From assembly GCA_002633005.1 (NCBI GenBank), contig NMRA01000058.1, positions 36,565-100,564 on the forward strand: 64,000 bases of DNA, read 5' to 3'. How positions within the stretch are numbered: the stretch's first letter is position 1; each line of letters opens with the position of its first letter. Of the stretch, positions 25,340-39,900 are shown one piece after another. A program made the position numbers and the translations under genes. Source of the stretch: Phoronis australis. Lineage: Eukaryota > Animalia > Phoronida. The notes beneath the pieces were generated by a model, which did not search any database, was not told the DNA's origin, and saw nothing but the letters and a program-made list of their open reading frames with translations.

Positions 25340-27665
25340 AATGTTCTGTTTGGCCAGTAACATCAAAATGTTAAATAGAAAATCATGTGTCTAAAGGCAA
25401 GAATAACACTTTATAAGAGATAAAGTTGGGAAGCTGAGTGGGAAACTTTTGAAGTAGCTTTCCGAATTCCTTCCAAAAATCGTGTACAGGGCGACATGCC
25501 CAAAAAGCTGTGACATTGTCTTTGGAGCTTTGTTACAAAAGGAACATAGATTAGAATCCCAAAAAGGTATTTGTTGCAATTATCTTGTGTAATATTCTGA
25601 ATTAGAACCATCTAATATTGGGATTCTTTGTAATTTCATAAGGCAATGCGTATATTTTCTTCTTCCAATCAAACTCCTTATTCTATTTCCCCTTTACACT
25701 GTAACTTAGAAGGTTTCTTAATGTCGTTAAAGATATATAAAAATATCTCTACAACCCTTCACATCTTTCCATAAGTGAGTAATTGTTAATGGCATGCAAA
25801 TGGAATAGACATTAAAAGTTTTGAATTTACTTTGAAATAGACTTTTTGAAGCCTTAGAAAAGAAACAATACCATTATATGCTACAAATTTGATTTTTACA
25901 TCGAACCCATTTATCATATGGTCTAAACCAACGACATCGCTATCCGAGGTATAGGCCTACATATCTCTGATAAATCTTAAGCCTTTTACAAATCGAGTCT
26001 TCTGCCTCCGATCCCCAAGTTACTAATAAAGCACAAAGGTTGATTCAAAAAGTCTTCTTTACTCGCAACAATTATTTTCTTATAGAAAGGTGTCATACTG
26101 TACTTCCAAATACGTCACACCAGTAGGAATTATCAATTAGAATAACTTCGACTCAATAAAGTCTTATCCAAATGAAGCAAAATTCTTTAAGAACGGATAG
26201 AGTGAGTATAGTAACTCGGCTTTCAAGGTATCTACGAGCCATGGTGAGTTCTAAAGCTTTGCTGAACGTTTGTATATCAACCATTTGAAGTCCTCCTCGA
26301 TCTTGTCCTAAACAGGCCGTAGTTCGTTACGAGCACGTGCGCTCACCCAGGGGGGTGGGGGCTCGGGCCGCTCGAACGAGCCCTCCATTTGGCGAAGTAA
26401 GCAAAAAGGTCCGCCTCTGAGAGACAGTCATTAAACATGCGCAAACGCGTAATTCACAGTGGTGCTCCCGTTTTTTTTTTTTTTGTTTTTTTTTAGTCCG
26501 CACCTTTTTTGTTATCAAAAGGACCACAAGGAATTCCAGCGCCCCATATTGAAGGGTTGGCGCGAGCATGGAGCATGCCATACAATTCTAAAGAATATCG
26601 TATTCAATTCATCCAAGACTTTTACCGGTGAATTTGATAATCTTGACAACAAAAAATTAAGTTTGGAAATGGTTAACGTTTTAATTACAGTTACTCTACC
26701 AAACGGCGTTAAATTTCGTCGACTACAACTTTTTAATAAAGATTTAATCTCAGGCATTCTTGCAGCGAAGTCCTTATGCGTCATATTTTCCAATTGAGTG
26801 TCAAAATTCACCGCAAACATCTAAAAGATTTTTTGTCCAAGACTGACTGACTTGTAGGAATCACGTCATCACTACCACTTTTACTTCCAAACCATATGGC
26901 TGTTGTTTAATTCACATTCACTTGGAGACCGGAGAGACTAGCAAACACATGTACATCCAATGTGCTAGCCAATGACAAATTTGACCCATCCAAAGTAATT
27001 GATGAGTCGTCTGCATATTGTGAAATCAAATATTCCTTATTTCCTGCAACTACACATACAATAATTTTATTATAATTGATTAAATACGTCAAAATTTCCG
27101 CACATACTATGAAAATGTAAGGAGACAAAGGGTCACATTGTCTGCAGCCACGCGAAATATTGAACCAGGAAGATGAGTGACCATTTACGACAACACACAA
27201 CTTAATGTTACTATAAAAGACTTTTACCCACCTTCTGATCGACCAACCAAATTTAAGGAAAGATAAAGTTTTTTGAATAAAATTCTACGACAATGAATCA
27301 AATGCTTTCTCAAAATCGATCAGTAGGAGCAATCCTGGTTTGTTAGGTGACTGGGTATAAAACATTAACTCAAATAGAACGAGGATATATTCGTTCATAT
27401 TTCTTCCAGAAACAAAAGCTGTCTGGTCCTTACTGATTAGTTTTCCCAAAAAGGAAGAAGCCAGCTTATACGTCACATTGAGTAAGGATATGGGTCCCCA
27501 TTTTTTCAAATAATGTCTTCTTTTATCTGAGTTCCCTTAGGGATCCAGGTAATCACTCCCTCTTTCTGTGATGATGATAAATGACCAACAGCAAAACCTG
27601 TATTAAGTGAGCGAACAACGAAATGCCCAATGTCAGCCCAAAAAATCAGAAATTCCACTAAAAAG
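25340..27665 (-). mobile_element. Decayed L1/Tx1-clade LINE ORF2 (RT and C-terminus)
   Basis: PISLLNVTYK, LLLIDFEKAFDSL, RGCRQCDPLSPYIF, ISQYADD, LTPFGRVTVIK; many frameshifts. Confidence 0.9.
26336..26570. mobile_element. MITE (7229 family) nested in Tx1 LINE, 5-bp TSD GAGCA
   Basis: Shares GCTCGAACGAGCCC...CCATTTGGC with the 7229 copy; GAGCA at 26331-26335 and 26571-26575. Confidence 0.8.
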
Positions 27666-28439
27666 CCACCGGAGCTCGCATGACAGCGTTCTGTCTCCTT
27701 TGTTAACTGCCCAGCATTGAAACCTGGCAGAATGGATTGTCTTAACTTCTGTTATAGTTGGGTGATTTTGGTGATTCAAAAACTAAACATGACCAGCATT
27801 TGATAAGGAAGTCAGAAATGCTATTGGTTTATGTTCAAATATTTTATAACTTAACTTTCATTTTTAGCAGCTCAGCCCAGTCAGGCTAGATACGATCTGA
27901 TTGGAGATTAGAGCAATTATCGAACAAAAGAGGGCCGGCCCTCAAACCCTAAATTCCAGAATGGAGTTAATCAGTCGTTTAAGATATTGGCTACAGGGGT
28001 AAACTTCCCAACTTGTGGTTTGGCTATGGAATCGAACAAGTTGGGAGCAACGGGGAAACGCCGTAAAGCGGGCTCTTATTGTTTTTCATTTTTTCATGAA
28101 GCATTGTGTGACTTTTTCATATGTAAGAAGACCTTCTATTTTTTCTTTTTTTTTGTCTAATTCAGTTTGGAAACACACACCTTATCAAAAAGAGTTTCGC
28201 CGAAACCAGTCAATTGTTAGAATTTCTATATTTGTATAGATTTTCATAAAAAGTTTTGGTTTCCTGAATGATAATTTTTGTTCTTATGCTTGATTTTTGG
28301 GTTCGTTTTGTATGATTCATAGGTGATTGGTGCGTAAGATGCGATGCTCGTGCGTATGGTTCTATGATACTCCTGCCATGGTCAGCGGCCTGTCGGGCAC
28401 TCATCGGATGTCAGAGGGATGGCCTTCTCGAGCCACTTA

Positions 28440-28900
28440 CTATTCCTCTCTGCGTCTGGACTTAAGGCCAAGCGCACTAATACTTAATTTTCCTTTTCTG
28501 TTCATTTTCACAAATGTGCTCCATCGCCTAGTATTGTCTTAGTCTCCTACACAGACCCTCGAGGTTGGTTGGGGTCTGCCCTTCACAAGTTATCCGTGTC
28601 GTCATCTTGTGAGGCCCGGGAACCAGGTTAGTATTGTCTCGGCTCAGTGCACCTTTTCCGGCTGTTGAAGTACGTTGGTCTGGATTGGCTAAGACACTTA
28701 GTCGCTGTGTTTGGACATTATTTAGAACAGAGCTCCCCGGTTACTTACCGTTGACAAAATTGGTCGCACTCCTTCAGTCAAATTATGGGTGATGTATGGT
28801 TTAATATTGGAAAGAACTGACAGTTCAGTTGTTTGTACTTGTGACCATCTTCAGCCTGAGTGGACCGGGTTATGACGGCACCCCCCGGCGGGGATTTTAT
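28440..28900 (-). mobile_element. Possible RTE LINE 3' fragment
   Basis: Degenerate KGRP-type C-terminal motif on minus strand; weak. Confidence 0.35.
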
Positions 28901-29011
28901 TTCCTTCGAATTTGCCAAGCGCAGAAACCCACCTGTTGCAGCAAATGATCTAAATCAAGAAAACCGACGAAAAGACCCCTTCATTGGAGATTTGTGCTGA
29001 ATGAGATGTCA

Positions 29012-30540
29012 ATAGTAGTAGTAGTAATACACTTTATTCACGAACAAAAAAATACACTTGATGCAGATTTACGCTTAAGGAGACTACGTGAAGGACCCGA
29101 AAGGTGCGATGACCACGGAGCCACCAGAGAATAAAAAATAATAATATAGTGTTACAGATAATCAGAATTACAAAAATTAAGTGATTATGTAATTTAAAAC
29201 TACTTGTGAAAAGACTAGGAGAGATTATCGAAGATAGTTACACACAAAGCAGTTGGGAATAGTGCACTCAAGTTCATAACTTTCAAAACAAACATTATTA
29301 CAGAGGATAACGAATTGGTAAACAGTTTTTGGGAGACACTTTCAGGAAGGTTATTAATTACATGAGGTAGGGCATTGCGAACTGAATCTTCAGCAAATGA
29401 TTTAGTACAACGGGGAGTTTGTAGAAGATGTCGTTGTGTTATATTCATGAACAGACCCACGGGTAATTAAATTGAACGAGTTGAAAAATGAAGGTAAGTA
29501 ATTATGAACATATTTGTAGAAAAATTTAATAATAGCAACAACATACAAGTCCTTAATTTTTGAGAATCTCTGTAGTCTTAAATAAAGGATCTGTATGGGC
29601 ATTAAAATAACTAGAGGTGATATTGCGAATAACCTTTTCCTGTACTTTGAATATTCTATTATATTCACACCCCCATAGCAGAATGCCATAATTAAAATGA
29701 GGAAGGACAAGACCATTATACAGTTTTCAAAGTTTCAAAGGGCAAGAAATGTTTTGGGTTACTAAGAACACCACAGAATCTGCTTATCTTTTTCAACAAA
29801 TTGTTTATGTATTTACCCCGTAACAAGTTTTCGTTGATGGTAACACCAAGTAAATTGAAAGAACGAACTCTTTCAATTTTTCAAGTTATTAAACTTTAAA
29901 AAAAATCATAAATACATTTTGGGGACTTATGAAAAACCATAAATTTTGTTTTAATTGCATTTAAAACCAGTCCATTTATATTTAACCAAGATTGAATTTT
30001 CTCCAGCTCCGCACAAAACATGTGTGACTCATTTACAGACAACGTCCTATGAATACAATTAATAATAGTCAGTAGTATCATCAGCGTAAAGTATGCAGTC
30101 AAAGAAACTTGTGCACTTAAAAAAATCATTCATATAAATGATGAATAATAACGGACCCAATATAGACCCCTGTGGGACACCTCGTAAAATTGGAACTGTG
30201 TTAGATTTGATGTTGTTAATTTGAGCATACTGAGCCCGATTAGAGAAATAGTTTCTCAAGAAACTTAAAGACAAGGAGTTGCAACCATGATATAGAAGTT
30301 TGTCGAGTAAAATTGAATGACTTAAAGAGCCAAAAGCTTTGGAAAGATCAATTAGAATGGCCAGTGGCACTGAATTATTATTTTCCAGAGCCCTGACAAT
30401 TCTACGATCCATAATTTCAAAGCCAGTTCTGTCGAGTGCCCCCCACGAAAGCCATACTGGGCAGGATGTAGCGAGCCAGTGGATTGAAATAATCGTAAAG
30501 TTGATTATACATAAGATTTTCAAAAGTAGTCAATAGTCTG
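29012..30540 (-). mobile_element. CR1/L2 (Crack/Daphne-like) LINE, 5'-truncated
   Basis: IDLSKAFGSLSHSILLDKL, GVPQGSILGPLLFIIYMND, ILYADDT; minus-strand AATAAA plus (TAC)n tail near 29012-29040. Confidence 0.9.
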
Positions 30541-30851
30541 CTGACTTGACTCAGATGAAGGGGGGGGGGGGNGTAAGTAGGCCTGATGTCCGGCATTGGA
30601 GCCGCGTTTAGTGTGAGAAGTCTCAAATCAGTTTGCACTATCTCTATTTTTGCGTCAAAGAAAAAGAACCAGCCAACCAGCCTCCTCTCAGTTCTCTTGT
30701 ACCGAGCTTGTGTCGCATGTATTTTTAGGTACAGTGTCTGTCCGGCAGCGGACAGATAGGTCATCCACAGGCACAGGGTAGATCATAAATGGATTTTGCC
30801 TTTGACCCAAAGGTGGCAGCTCGTAACCGGAAATTGTGTTTTGAAAAAAGA

Positions 30852-30968
30852 ATGGCGGACATCAATGTAAAGTATGTTTCACAGAAATTAAACAAAATAC
30901 GGTGGCGCCCCTTTCAGAATGGTTCAAAAAATTCTGAGACGTTTGCTACCGGAAGCTGGAACAATGAC
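30852..30968 (+). CDS. NUP43: NUP43 exon 1
   Basis: ATG at 30852, MADINVKYVSQK...GSWNND, GTAAGT donor. Confidence 0.93.
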
Positions 30969-33900
30969 GTAAGTTTGTTTATGGATGGTATGCGCTGAAA
31001 TTGTTTAATTAGGAGTGTTGTGGTTAGCCCCTCGGTTGGCCGGTTAGCATTCATTGATTTGAATGTGGGTACTGACTACTGTGTCATATGAATCATTCTC
31101 AATGAATCGTGTCAAATGCTGAAGCCAATGTTCAGCTCACCACAGAGAATGTCCGAAGTCATGAAACAACGTCAAAAGACATTTAAAATAAAGAAAATAT
31201 GTCTAATGTGGGTACTGTGTCTTATGACCGGCTACAGTTAAGAGTTTACATGGTAGGTGTCACAATGCACCATGCCATGCCCATGCATAGTCCAGATACC
31301 TATCGTCGTCAGCGTCCAAAGATTGTCCGCCATCTTCTTTCGCATGCAGCGCAGACGCGCGGGACTTAGCTTTCCAATTTAAAGTGCTCGTCCGCACGTT
31401 AGGTATAGTCTGGTTACCTATTGTCGTCAGGCTCCAAAGGTCGTCCGCCATCTTGTTTCGCGTGCAGCGCAACCACGCTGGACTTAGTGTTCCAATTTGG
31501 AGTGCTCGTCTGCACGTTAGGTACTAACTTATCGGAAGAGACACGTATCAAAGTAATGAGACAAAAATCGGTGAGTTTACCGATTGTTTTTTAAAACCAC
31601 TTAAAAATCAGTAGATTTTACTAATACACTTTTTTGNCAGCTATTCAAACTTCAGTAAAACCCAATCCAGGTGCCCATCCCTGACATCCTGATTGCTTGC
31701 TGAAAGACTGCCAGCAGGGTTCCCGCCAGCAGTTTAAATAAAAGAAGCATCCGGGGAACCATAAAACTGAAAAATCATAAGACACTACAGAAAGATAAAG
31801 GACGAATGATGTTGATGATTACAACAGCATTCACCGACTGTTTTTTGAGACCACTTAAAAACTTGTAGATTTTACTAATGCACTTTTCTGTTCATTTTCA
31901 GAAGATATTTTCAAAATTAAATTTTCTTCAGACGGAACAAAATACAACTCAGGGATTGTTCATGCAATGTATCTATTTGTCCCAGGCACTAACGGACACC
32001 TGTTAGGCCAAAGGAAAAACACAGCAGACAAATGGAACACGCTGGGTGCTTAACAGTTTCGGCCCACGCCTTGGTCATCAAAATATTGTCCACTTGTTTT
32101 TTAGTACAAAACAAAGTACTGAGCTCAACATTTATGTTGAAAATTTTGGTTAAAGCATTTTGAATTTATTTGAAGAAAATTAAAATACTTGAATTGATAG
32201 GGAATGGCCACCTATAAAGTAAAACATTGACTTTATTTCACTATATTGCATTGTTACATACAACACAGCATGATATAATTAAAAATAAAAGAAGAGATTG
32301 AGCAATAAAATGCAAATGCAACTTGGGTATTTATTTATTTATTTATGATTTCAGAAGCCTGTTAAAGGTGATAAAAAATCAAACAAATTCGATATTGGGT
32401 AATTTATTAGAACAATTGTATCGAGGTTCAATGATCAACTTGCGCCGACAAAGTCTCAAAGGGTTACAGTTCTGTTTTGGCTGACAAGGTGTTAACAGAG
32501 AATGAAGAGAAACTGAAAAGAAAAAGAAAGACAGCATAGATAAGTGGTGTTAAGAACAACAAGAGCAAAAAGTCAAATAAAGAGGTCACAAATACAAAAT
32601 AAGTAATGTCAATCTGGAATAAAATAATTGCGATTTATTTTCCAGAACTGAAGTTCTAAATCAAATTTAATCGATTTAGAAATCGATATCGTACTTGTAA
32701 AACAGTTTGTGGTTGAAGTAGAATTGCTGTAAACCACTTTCCACTATTTTCTTGGCCTTTTTCTGTGTGGTTTTCTGTTCTTTCAAAAGGCGTAAAAGCT
32801 CGGCTTGCATGCACTGGTAATTCCATGTCGCATGTTGTAGGGAGCAGCTAAAATTTCAGCTAACTTATACAAATTTCAAGTCGCAAATGCGACCTTCAGC
32901 TCGTTATATCAAGAGCTGTTTTAGCAAACACTGACACTCACCAGATGAAAACGAAACTTGAGAATCATGCCTGTTAAACCATGTTAACGGTTTTGATTAT
33001 CTCAATTTCTTTCCAACAGGCTTAAGTTGTCTTTAGCGAAATTCATAGTAATACAGCATTACTTTCAATGAGTTCATAGTCAAACATAGTGATGGTCTCA
33101 CTTCTGGCATCTATGATGGTGATGCTGGCACTGAGGTGACCAGATAGATAGCTCTATGCCTATGCCTGGGGTACCTTTCATGCTCACTTACTGTGCTTGT
33201 TCTCAAGCAATAACACAAAACCTTATCTTAAGTAAGTAAAAGGTGAGACCAAATTTATTGTGGTGAAGATTATAAATCAAAAGACCATTGACACAAGGCA
33301 GGCAGTAATTAGCAATGCCGTATATGTCTAGGAAGCACATTGCAAATTTTCCATTTTTTACTGTGAATGTGTGCTTTTGTAGGTGAACAGAGTGTGTGTC
33401 TGGAACGTAGAAGAATCGGAGGGTTTGGACTCTCAGCCTGAGTTTGAGCCGCGGTTATTATGTGAAGAGAACCACGTTGGAGATGTGACAGATTTGAAAG
33501 TATGGAAGACGATAAGTTTTTTTGGGAATGTTACTTTTTGAGAATAATTTTGGTCAATTTGACATATTTTACTTTCAAGTGTAATGTATTTTGTATTTTT
33601 TGGTGATTCTCACAAAATAGTTTCATCTGATTGATAGATAATGGTTCAAGTAACAGGTTAGAACTGAAAAACTGCTGGTTTCATGGCTATCAGAACTGAT
33701 GCGTGAGCGAAAACAGCTTATTCAGACTACTAAGTTTTCAGAATTTCTTCTTTATGTCACCACTTCGAGTTTGAGGAACTGGTCTTTTGGTAATTAGATT
33801 TTCACAGATATTTTCTGAAAAAGTTTAAGAAATGCCCAAAAATGACCAAAAAGGCATTCAAAAAGGTAACATTAACCTATATGTTAATAATATGAACTTG

Positions 33901-36900
33901 TCGTAACACTCGTGTATGGTTAAAACTAGAAATTGCATCAGTGCATAGACCCAATTTTATCAGTAGAAATATAAATTTCTATAAAAGTAATTTCTGTCCA
34001 AGGCACAGTGGCCAATCTAGTGAAGACCAGAAGAGCAACAATAGGGCCGTCCCGGATTACACAGAAATAGAACTCTCCTTTGCCCTGGAGATAAGAAATC
34101 AGGCACATTTTCGTGTATCTCATTTATGAAAGCAAGGTGAGGAATTTCACCACACGTATCAACGGGTATTTACGGAGCCTCTAAAAGGACATGATGCATT
34201 CCCTCGCTAAATTTTGGCGTTATCTCCCAAATATTTCAAGTTCCCTCGCAAATTATTTGCATTCCCTTGAATTTTTTTTTGAATTCCCTCATATTTTTTT
34301 GTGTTCCCTTGCATTTTTTTTTGCATTTCTTTGCAAATATTCAGCACATGCGTCACTTACTATCACCAACAACTAGACAATATTGAGGTGGTGTGAGACA
34401 CTAATACATGTACTTGTGTAGGGTATGTGCACAGTTATGAGAGGCACAATGGGCCACGATAGTATCACTGTTTATTACGAAAGATCTCGAGTGGTCTACA
34501 CTCAAATCAGTTTTTAGTTTGTATTCCCCACTCTGCGATACTTTAAGGCATGTCACAGTCTGGTGAATTGGCTCAAGGTATGCTTGCAGACTACACATTA
34601 TTGATGTTTTCAGGAATACGGCGAATTCAGCTATACACAAGCTGCCATCATTTTATGTACCGTAGTTGCGACCATCACAAGTACATAAAATGTTGATAGT
34701 TCGCGGTCCTTAAAAAATCACATAAAAATTCCTGAAAATTTGCATGCGCTTAGGCTACTCCAGTGGGGGGGGGTCAGGGGGAGCACATGCCCCCCAAAAA
34801 ATCGCAGTCATCGGGTTAAATCCATGGCATTCAACCTAGGCGTTGGGCCGCAGACAGTCAAGAACCGAAAGACTGCGAATACGGATAAGAGAGAAAATTC
34901 AGAAGATCATTTGGTGACTCAGTATCAGTGCATGGTTTACCCTTTAAGGGTCGTGGCCAGGATATTATTGTTAGGGTCTCTGTTTTTTGCAGGTCGTCTA
35001 AACGCACTTGAAAACATGTGCTTAATAATTCATATCTGTATCTCAAAAAGCGGAGAAAATGAAACAATTTTTGGGAATGCAAAACTATATTTTTCCTGAT
35101 GCTTCTCTCTGGCAAGGTATAAAGGAAACAACTGTCCCTCAATTTTTTGTTTTTTTGTCTCAAAATTATCTAGAGAAAAATTGATGACCTGACAGATAAC
35201 ATCAATTGCTGCACATTTCCTGATCTTTGAAAATATGTATCTTTTTTCATATTTAGGAGCCCAGCCCTTGAAGGTGGCCACCCTTTTTGTGTTTTTATTG
35301 ACAAACTCTTAAGGGACTGCTCACGGAGAGAGGGCCCAATGATGGAATCGATTATCTTTATTTTCTTGTTTTTGTAAATTGTGCAACCGGTTTTGATGTT
35401 GAGCGAGTTCTCTTCTTTCAGATTCACACGACCATGGAATGAACTGTAACTCTTCTCCAAGCTTAATGATATTTAGCCTTTCATCTTAAAGTGTCCCATT
35501 TCAGACGGGACGTTCTCTCGGTGAGGCATTTCGTGGGAATCGCTCCTTTGTCTCTCTATAAATGTAAATCTGACACTGCCAATTATCCATGAGAGGAAGT
35601 TCAGATTACAATTTCACTAAAAACACAAAAACATTTGTGCACAACACAGCAGTATTAAGACATTCGATTCAAACAATCAAAATGTGAAAAATACAATAGG
35701 ATTGACTGCCATCGAAAAGATGGAACTTTGAAGAATGTGAAGACCAGACCGCTATTTGTGAATTACATAAATTTGACTCGTGAACTGTTGTAGGTATCTC
35801 TGAAATGATCAAAAATACGCCTTAATACGAATTCCCATCTCCCATGTTCCCGGATTATCTGTCAAAAATCTGCGAGCATGCCTGCGGAAATTGCTTTTAA
35901 CATTCCGTTTTCATAAACAACTTCATTGGTTTCTGATTTACATGTTGATGTAGCTACGAAAATCGACATATTCCTAGATTATTTTTGGCATTTAAAAGCT
36001 AATCGTATAAGAATTGATGATGTTTCATTGAATTTAGTTGAAGCCTGAAGTTGGAAAAACTAAATAATCTGATCTCCAAATAGTAAAGTACACTTGGACG
36101 ATTTTTGCTTATCTAAAATAGCTCTCAAAGATATTGATGAAATTCGGAGAGTTCCCAAAACTATACTCACAATTCAAATGGCAATAAATGCATTGCTTTT
36201 TGAATTAGGAACGAGATTTGTAGTATAAACTCACAAACAGGAAATTAAAAAGGAATTAAGTCATGAAATCAAGGTACCGTATTCGCCCTATTAACTGCCC
36301 ATGCCCCTATAAGTGCCCCCCAAGCATTTTCAGACTTTGCTGAAATAAGCGCCCAGCCCATGAACGTGTACATTGCGAAAAATATCTTACCTACAGTGCT
36401 AAAATTCCACAGTAACGTCTTCAATTTGTCAACAAGATCTGGCAGTCCTGAAAAAATCATTGTGCGCAGAGTTTATAGACCACCAGCCTTGCCGCTATAT
36501 GTCAGCTGTGACTATAAACTCCAAACTTCCGCCATGCTCTAAAAAGAACGCAAGTTTTGCTGATCTTGCGTGGGACGTGTCCCACTATGGTCTGGGCCAT
36601 TCATAACGGTCACAGCCGTACGTGTCAACGGGATTGATTCTTTCCCATACAGATTCCATTTGTTCTTCCTCTACTGGAAAAGTGCCAGTTCTTTAAATAT
36701 CTATGTAGTTGGCCTATATTAATTTCACAAAATAACAGTTAATACATTTAAGAAAAATGTAGTAAGTTGCAGCACTTAAGTTATTTTAAAAGTGCCGGCT
36801 AAAAACACACTTTTCGAGACTATCTTCCATAAGCATGCCATATTTACTGCAAACACAGAAGTCGGAGCTCAAGGCAAAACTGCGAACAAAAGCACAAGTT

Positions 36901-39900
36901 CAGGGTGAAATTTTTTAGCAGTAAGTTATGGAAGGTCGATTATCCAAACAGTGGGCGCTTACATCGACTTTCAGCAAAAATTAGGGGTGCGATTACCCGG
37001 GCATGGGCGTTAACCTGTGAGTTTATGGTAATACTTTATTAGCCCTGAAAGGACGAAAAGAAACATGTAAAGAATCGGACAACAACAAATAACTTCTGAA
37101 ACTCCAATGGCACGAAGACCAGGCAGCATATGTGCCTGACGGATGTTTACGGCATTATGGGTAAATAAAGACACATTTGAATGTCTTTGTAATCCAGGAC
37201 AGCCTTATGTGTTTTCAGAAACTGTGTTAGAAGCCCTTGAGAAATGAAATATGCCCAATGCGGACATTATTTTTGTCCGAAATTGGCGAGATTGTAGCAT
37301 AGTTGTGTTATTAGCTGATATTCTTGATGTATTTTTTAGTTTATCGACCATAATTTGATCATCGCCTCCTCGTCAACAGGGGACATTACAGTCTTCAGGT
37401 TGACAAAAGGCTCTAAGGTATGTAATTTTGCTCAGCTGACTTGCGTCAATGTAAAGTATCTTTGGTATAGTTAGAGCAGTTTTTCTCATAACATTTTTTC
37501 ATAGTTTATGGATTTGGGTTAGAAATAAAAGGTGGTCAAATATTTTTGTGGGGAAAAAAGGTAAAATCTTGTGGTTATACATGTAGAAACAATGGTTTTG
37601 GTTACTAGAGTGTGTGGTGTGTAACATGTTTATTCTCACTTGACCAATTTGAAGTAGTTTTGAAAGTTAATAGATGTTTAGTGTTACCAGAGTGTTATAC
37701 CAAGTATAAGTTTTACTCTAGTACCCAAAAGCTATGTTCGCATGGCCCATTTCCCTAGTTTCAATTTCCCAGAAAAAAAGAGGATTTAGGACAAGTGAGC
37801 ATGTGGAGAAAAACTGAAATTGCACCCAGTCAACTTGCCTTAGTACCTGTTGAGATGAACGTAGTGTCAAGGTGGATTTGGTTACCTACTGCACTCTTGT
37901 GTAGTGTAGTTCACACGAATGCTTTCCTCCTGTGATTCATATGCAGATCAACTTTCTGCAGGTTTGTCGTGTGGATGTTCGGATGTTAGGAAGCAAGGTG
38001 CCCCTGGGGAATTCACACCAGAATAACTTGCCTGTCTGAGCACATCCTACCATCATTTAACAAAATTTACATCAGTCTACAAATTGACAGCTTACAAAAT
38101 ATTTTTTTCAGATTTTTACATCCCAGCTTTTGTGAGGTATTCACTGTTTTTAATTTCAGTCACTGACAGTCACTCAGAAATGGTCAGCCATTCATTGTCA
38201 TGTGTCTGGGGCATCTTGCCCTTGTACAGCCGTAGCAACATGCGCTGATGATATCGTCACTGTAGGTGAAGATGGACGACTCAACTTCCTGCGAGTGGAG
38301 AACAACTACCCTGTCAGAACAATAGGCAAGTGCATGAATAGAGATATATTCACGAATAAGGCAAAGTTTTGATTAGATCACATTAAATCATGCTGGTGTA
38401 GCTTAACGTCCTATTGAGCGCCGCCTTTGATTGGCTTGTTATTCAATCACTCAAGTAGCAGAGTAATTTAGGCATATTTGAATAGTGAAAACACTTGATT
38501 CCAGCGAATGTCTGGCATACAACTGCAAGATTTGGCAATTCGTATCATAGAACTTTAGCCCTGGAATGTCAACTTTCGTACGTGACCTATGTATTCTATT
38601 ATTAGAGCTTGCGACCTCGAGACTAGTTGCGAGAGTTTACATTGAGAGTTACTGGATGCCTGCTCAACTGAGTCTTGATCGAGAGTTTTAGTTATGCGCT
38701 CGTATATTTGTATGTGGTCATCCCCGTCCTTCCAGTGTCCTTTGCTCTATCTCCAAAACCATTTGATGTAAGTCCGTGAAATTTTGCACATTCCTTTCAT
38801 GGATGGGACTCCATGAGTGACCTTTCAGACTGATCTGACTACCGTTTTTTACGTTTACCTCAGTCTGTTTCTTCAAAGGTTCTCAATGGATTTTCATAAA
38901 ATTTGACAAATAGGCATCTATTACTGAGATGACGCTACCCCCTTGTTTTCGAATGGATTCGGTGTATTTGTGCCAATTAGTGGCCATTTTTACTGTCAGC
39001 CTTAGGATGATTGTGAAAATGTGCTCCTACTTTGAAGAGGACGGTTGACAATGATTTTCAGACTTCGAGTACTGCGGCGCCTCCAAGTGGCAGTTTTTTT
39101 TTCTGCCCATGGCTGTATCTCCTAAATTCTCTGCATGATCTTTATTAAATTTAGCTGTTGTAGTTATATGAAATTGACAACCAACGAAGACGACTTTTGG
39201 ACAGATCTGATGAACGCTGTGTCCCCTAGTGGCAATTTCATTTTTTCCATTTTTCTTGGTTTCTCTGAAGTTCCTTGACAGATTTTTATGAAATTTTGTG
39301 AATAGCTTTCTATTCGACATGGATTCGACATATTTTGGGCCATCTACTGGCCAGTTTTACTGTTTTCTAGTTTTGGCATCTGCCCCTCTATCAACCGAAC
39401 CACTCCAAGGATGATTTTGAAAATTGGTGTTTATGTTTCTAGTCTGAAGAGGATGGCTAATGACGATTTTTGGACTACTTAAACTACTGTGGCACTTCCT
39501 TGTGGCATTTTGCAGCTATGGCTGTATCTCCCTAACCATCTACAGGATCTTTTGCTTATTAAATTTAGCAAATGTATTCATATGAAGTTGACAGCGAACA
39601 GTGACGACATTTGGATGTATTCAACTACTGCTGTGCCTCCTAGTGGGAATTTTTTTATTGTCTTCTGTATATTTGAATCTCCTTGGCAGATTTTTGTGAA
39701 ATTTTATAAATAAGTTTCAATGGAAGAGTTGACAGGTTCCTGTTTTTGGATAGATTCAATGTATAGTAGCCACTTCTATTATCATGAAGGTTTGCAAATA
39801 GGTTTCTGTTAAAGGAGAATGACACCCAAAGAACAACCTAGTTTGTATCAATTTGGATTGAATAGTTCCACTCGATAACAGCTAGTACAGCTCTTTTACG

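Larger units (their letters stand above)
24551..28077. repeat. Inverted ~230-bp repeat pair (24551-24786 and 27847-28077)
   Basis: TATCTAGCCTGACTGGGCTG...GCTGCTAAAAATG versus CATTTTTAGCAGC...CAGCCCAGTCAGGCTAGATA, homology extends along both. Confidence 0.8.
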
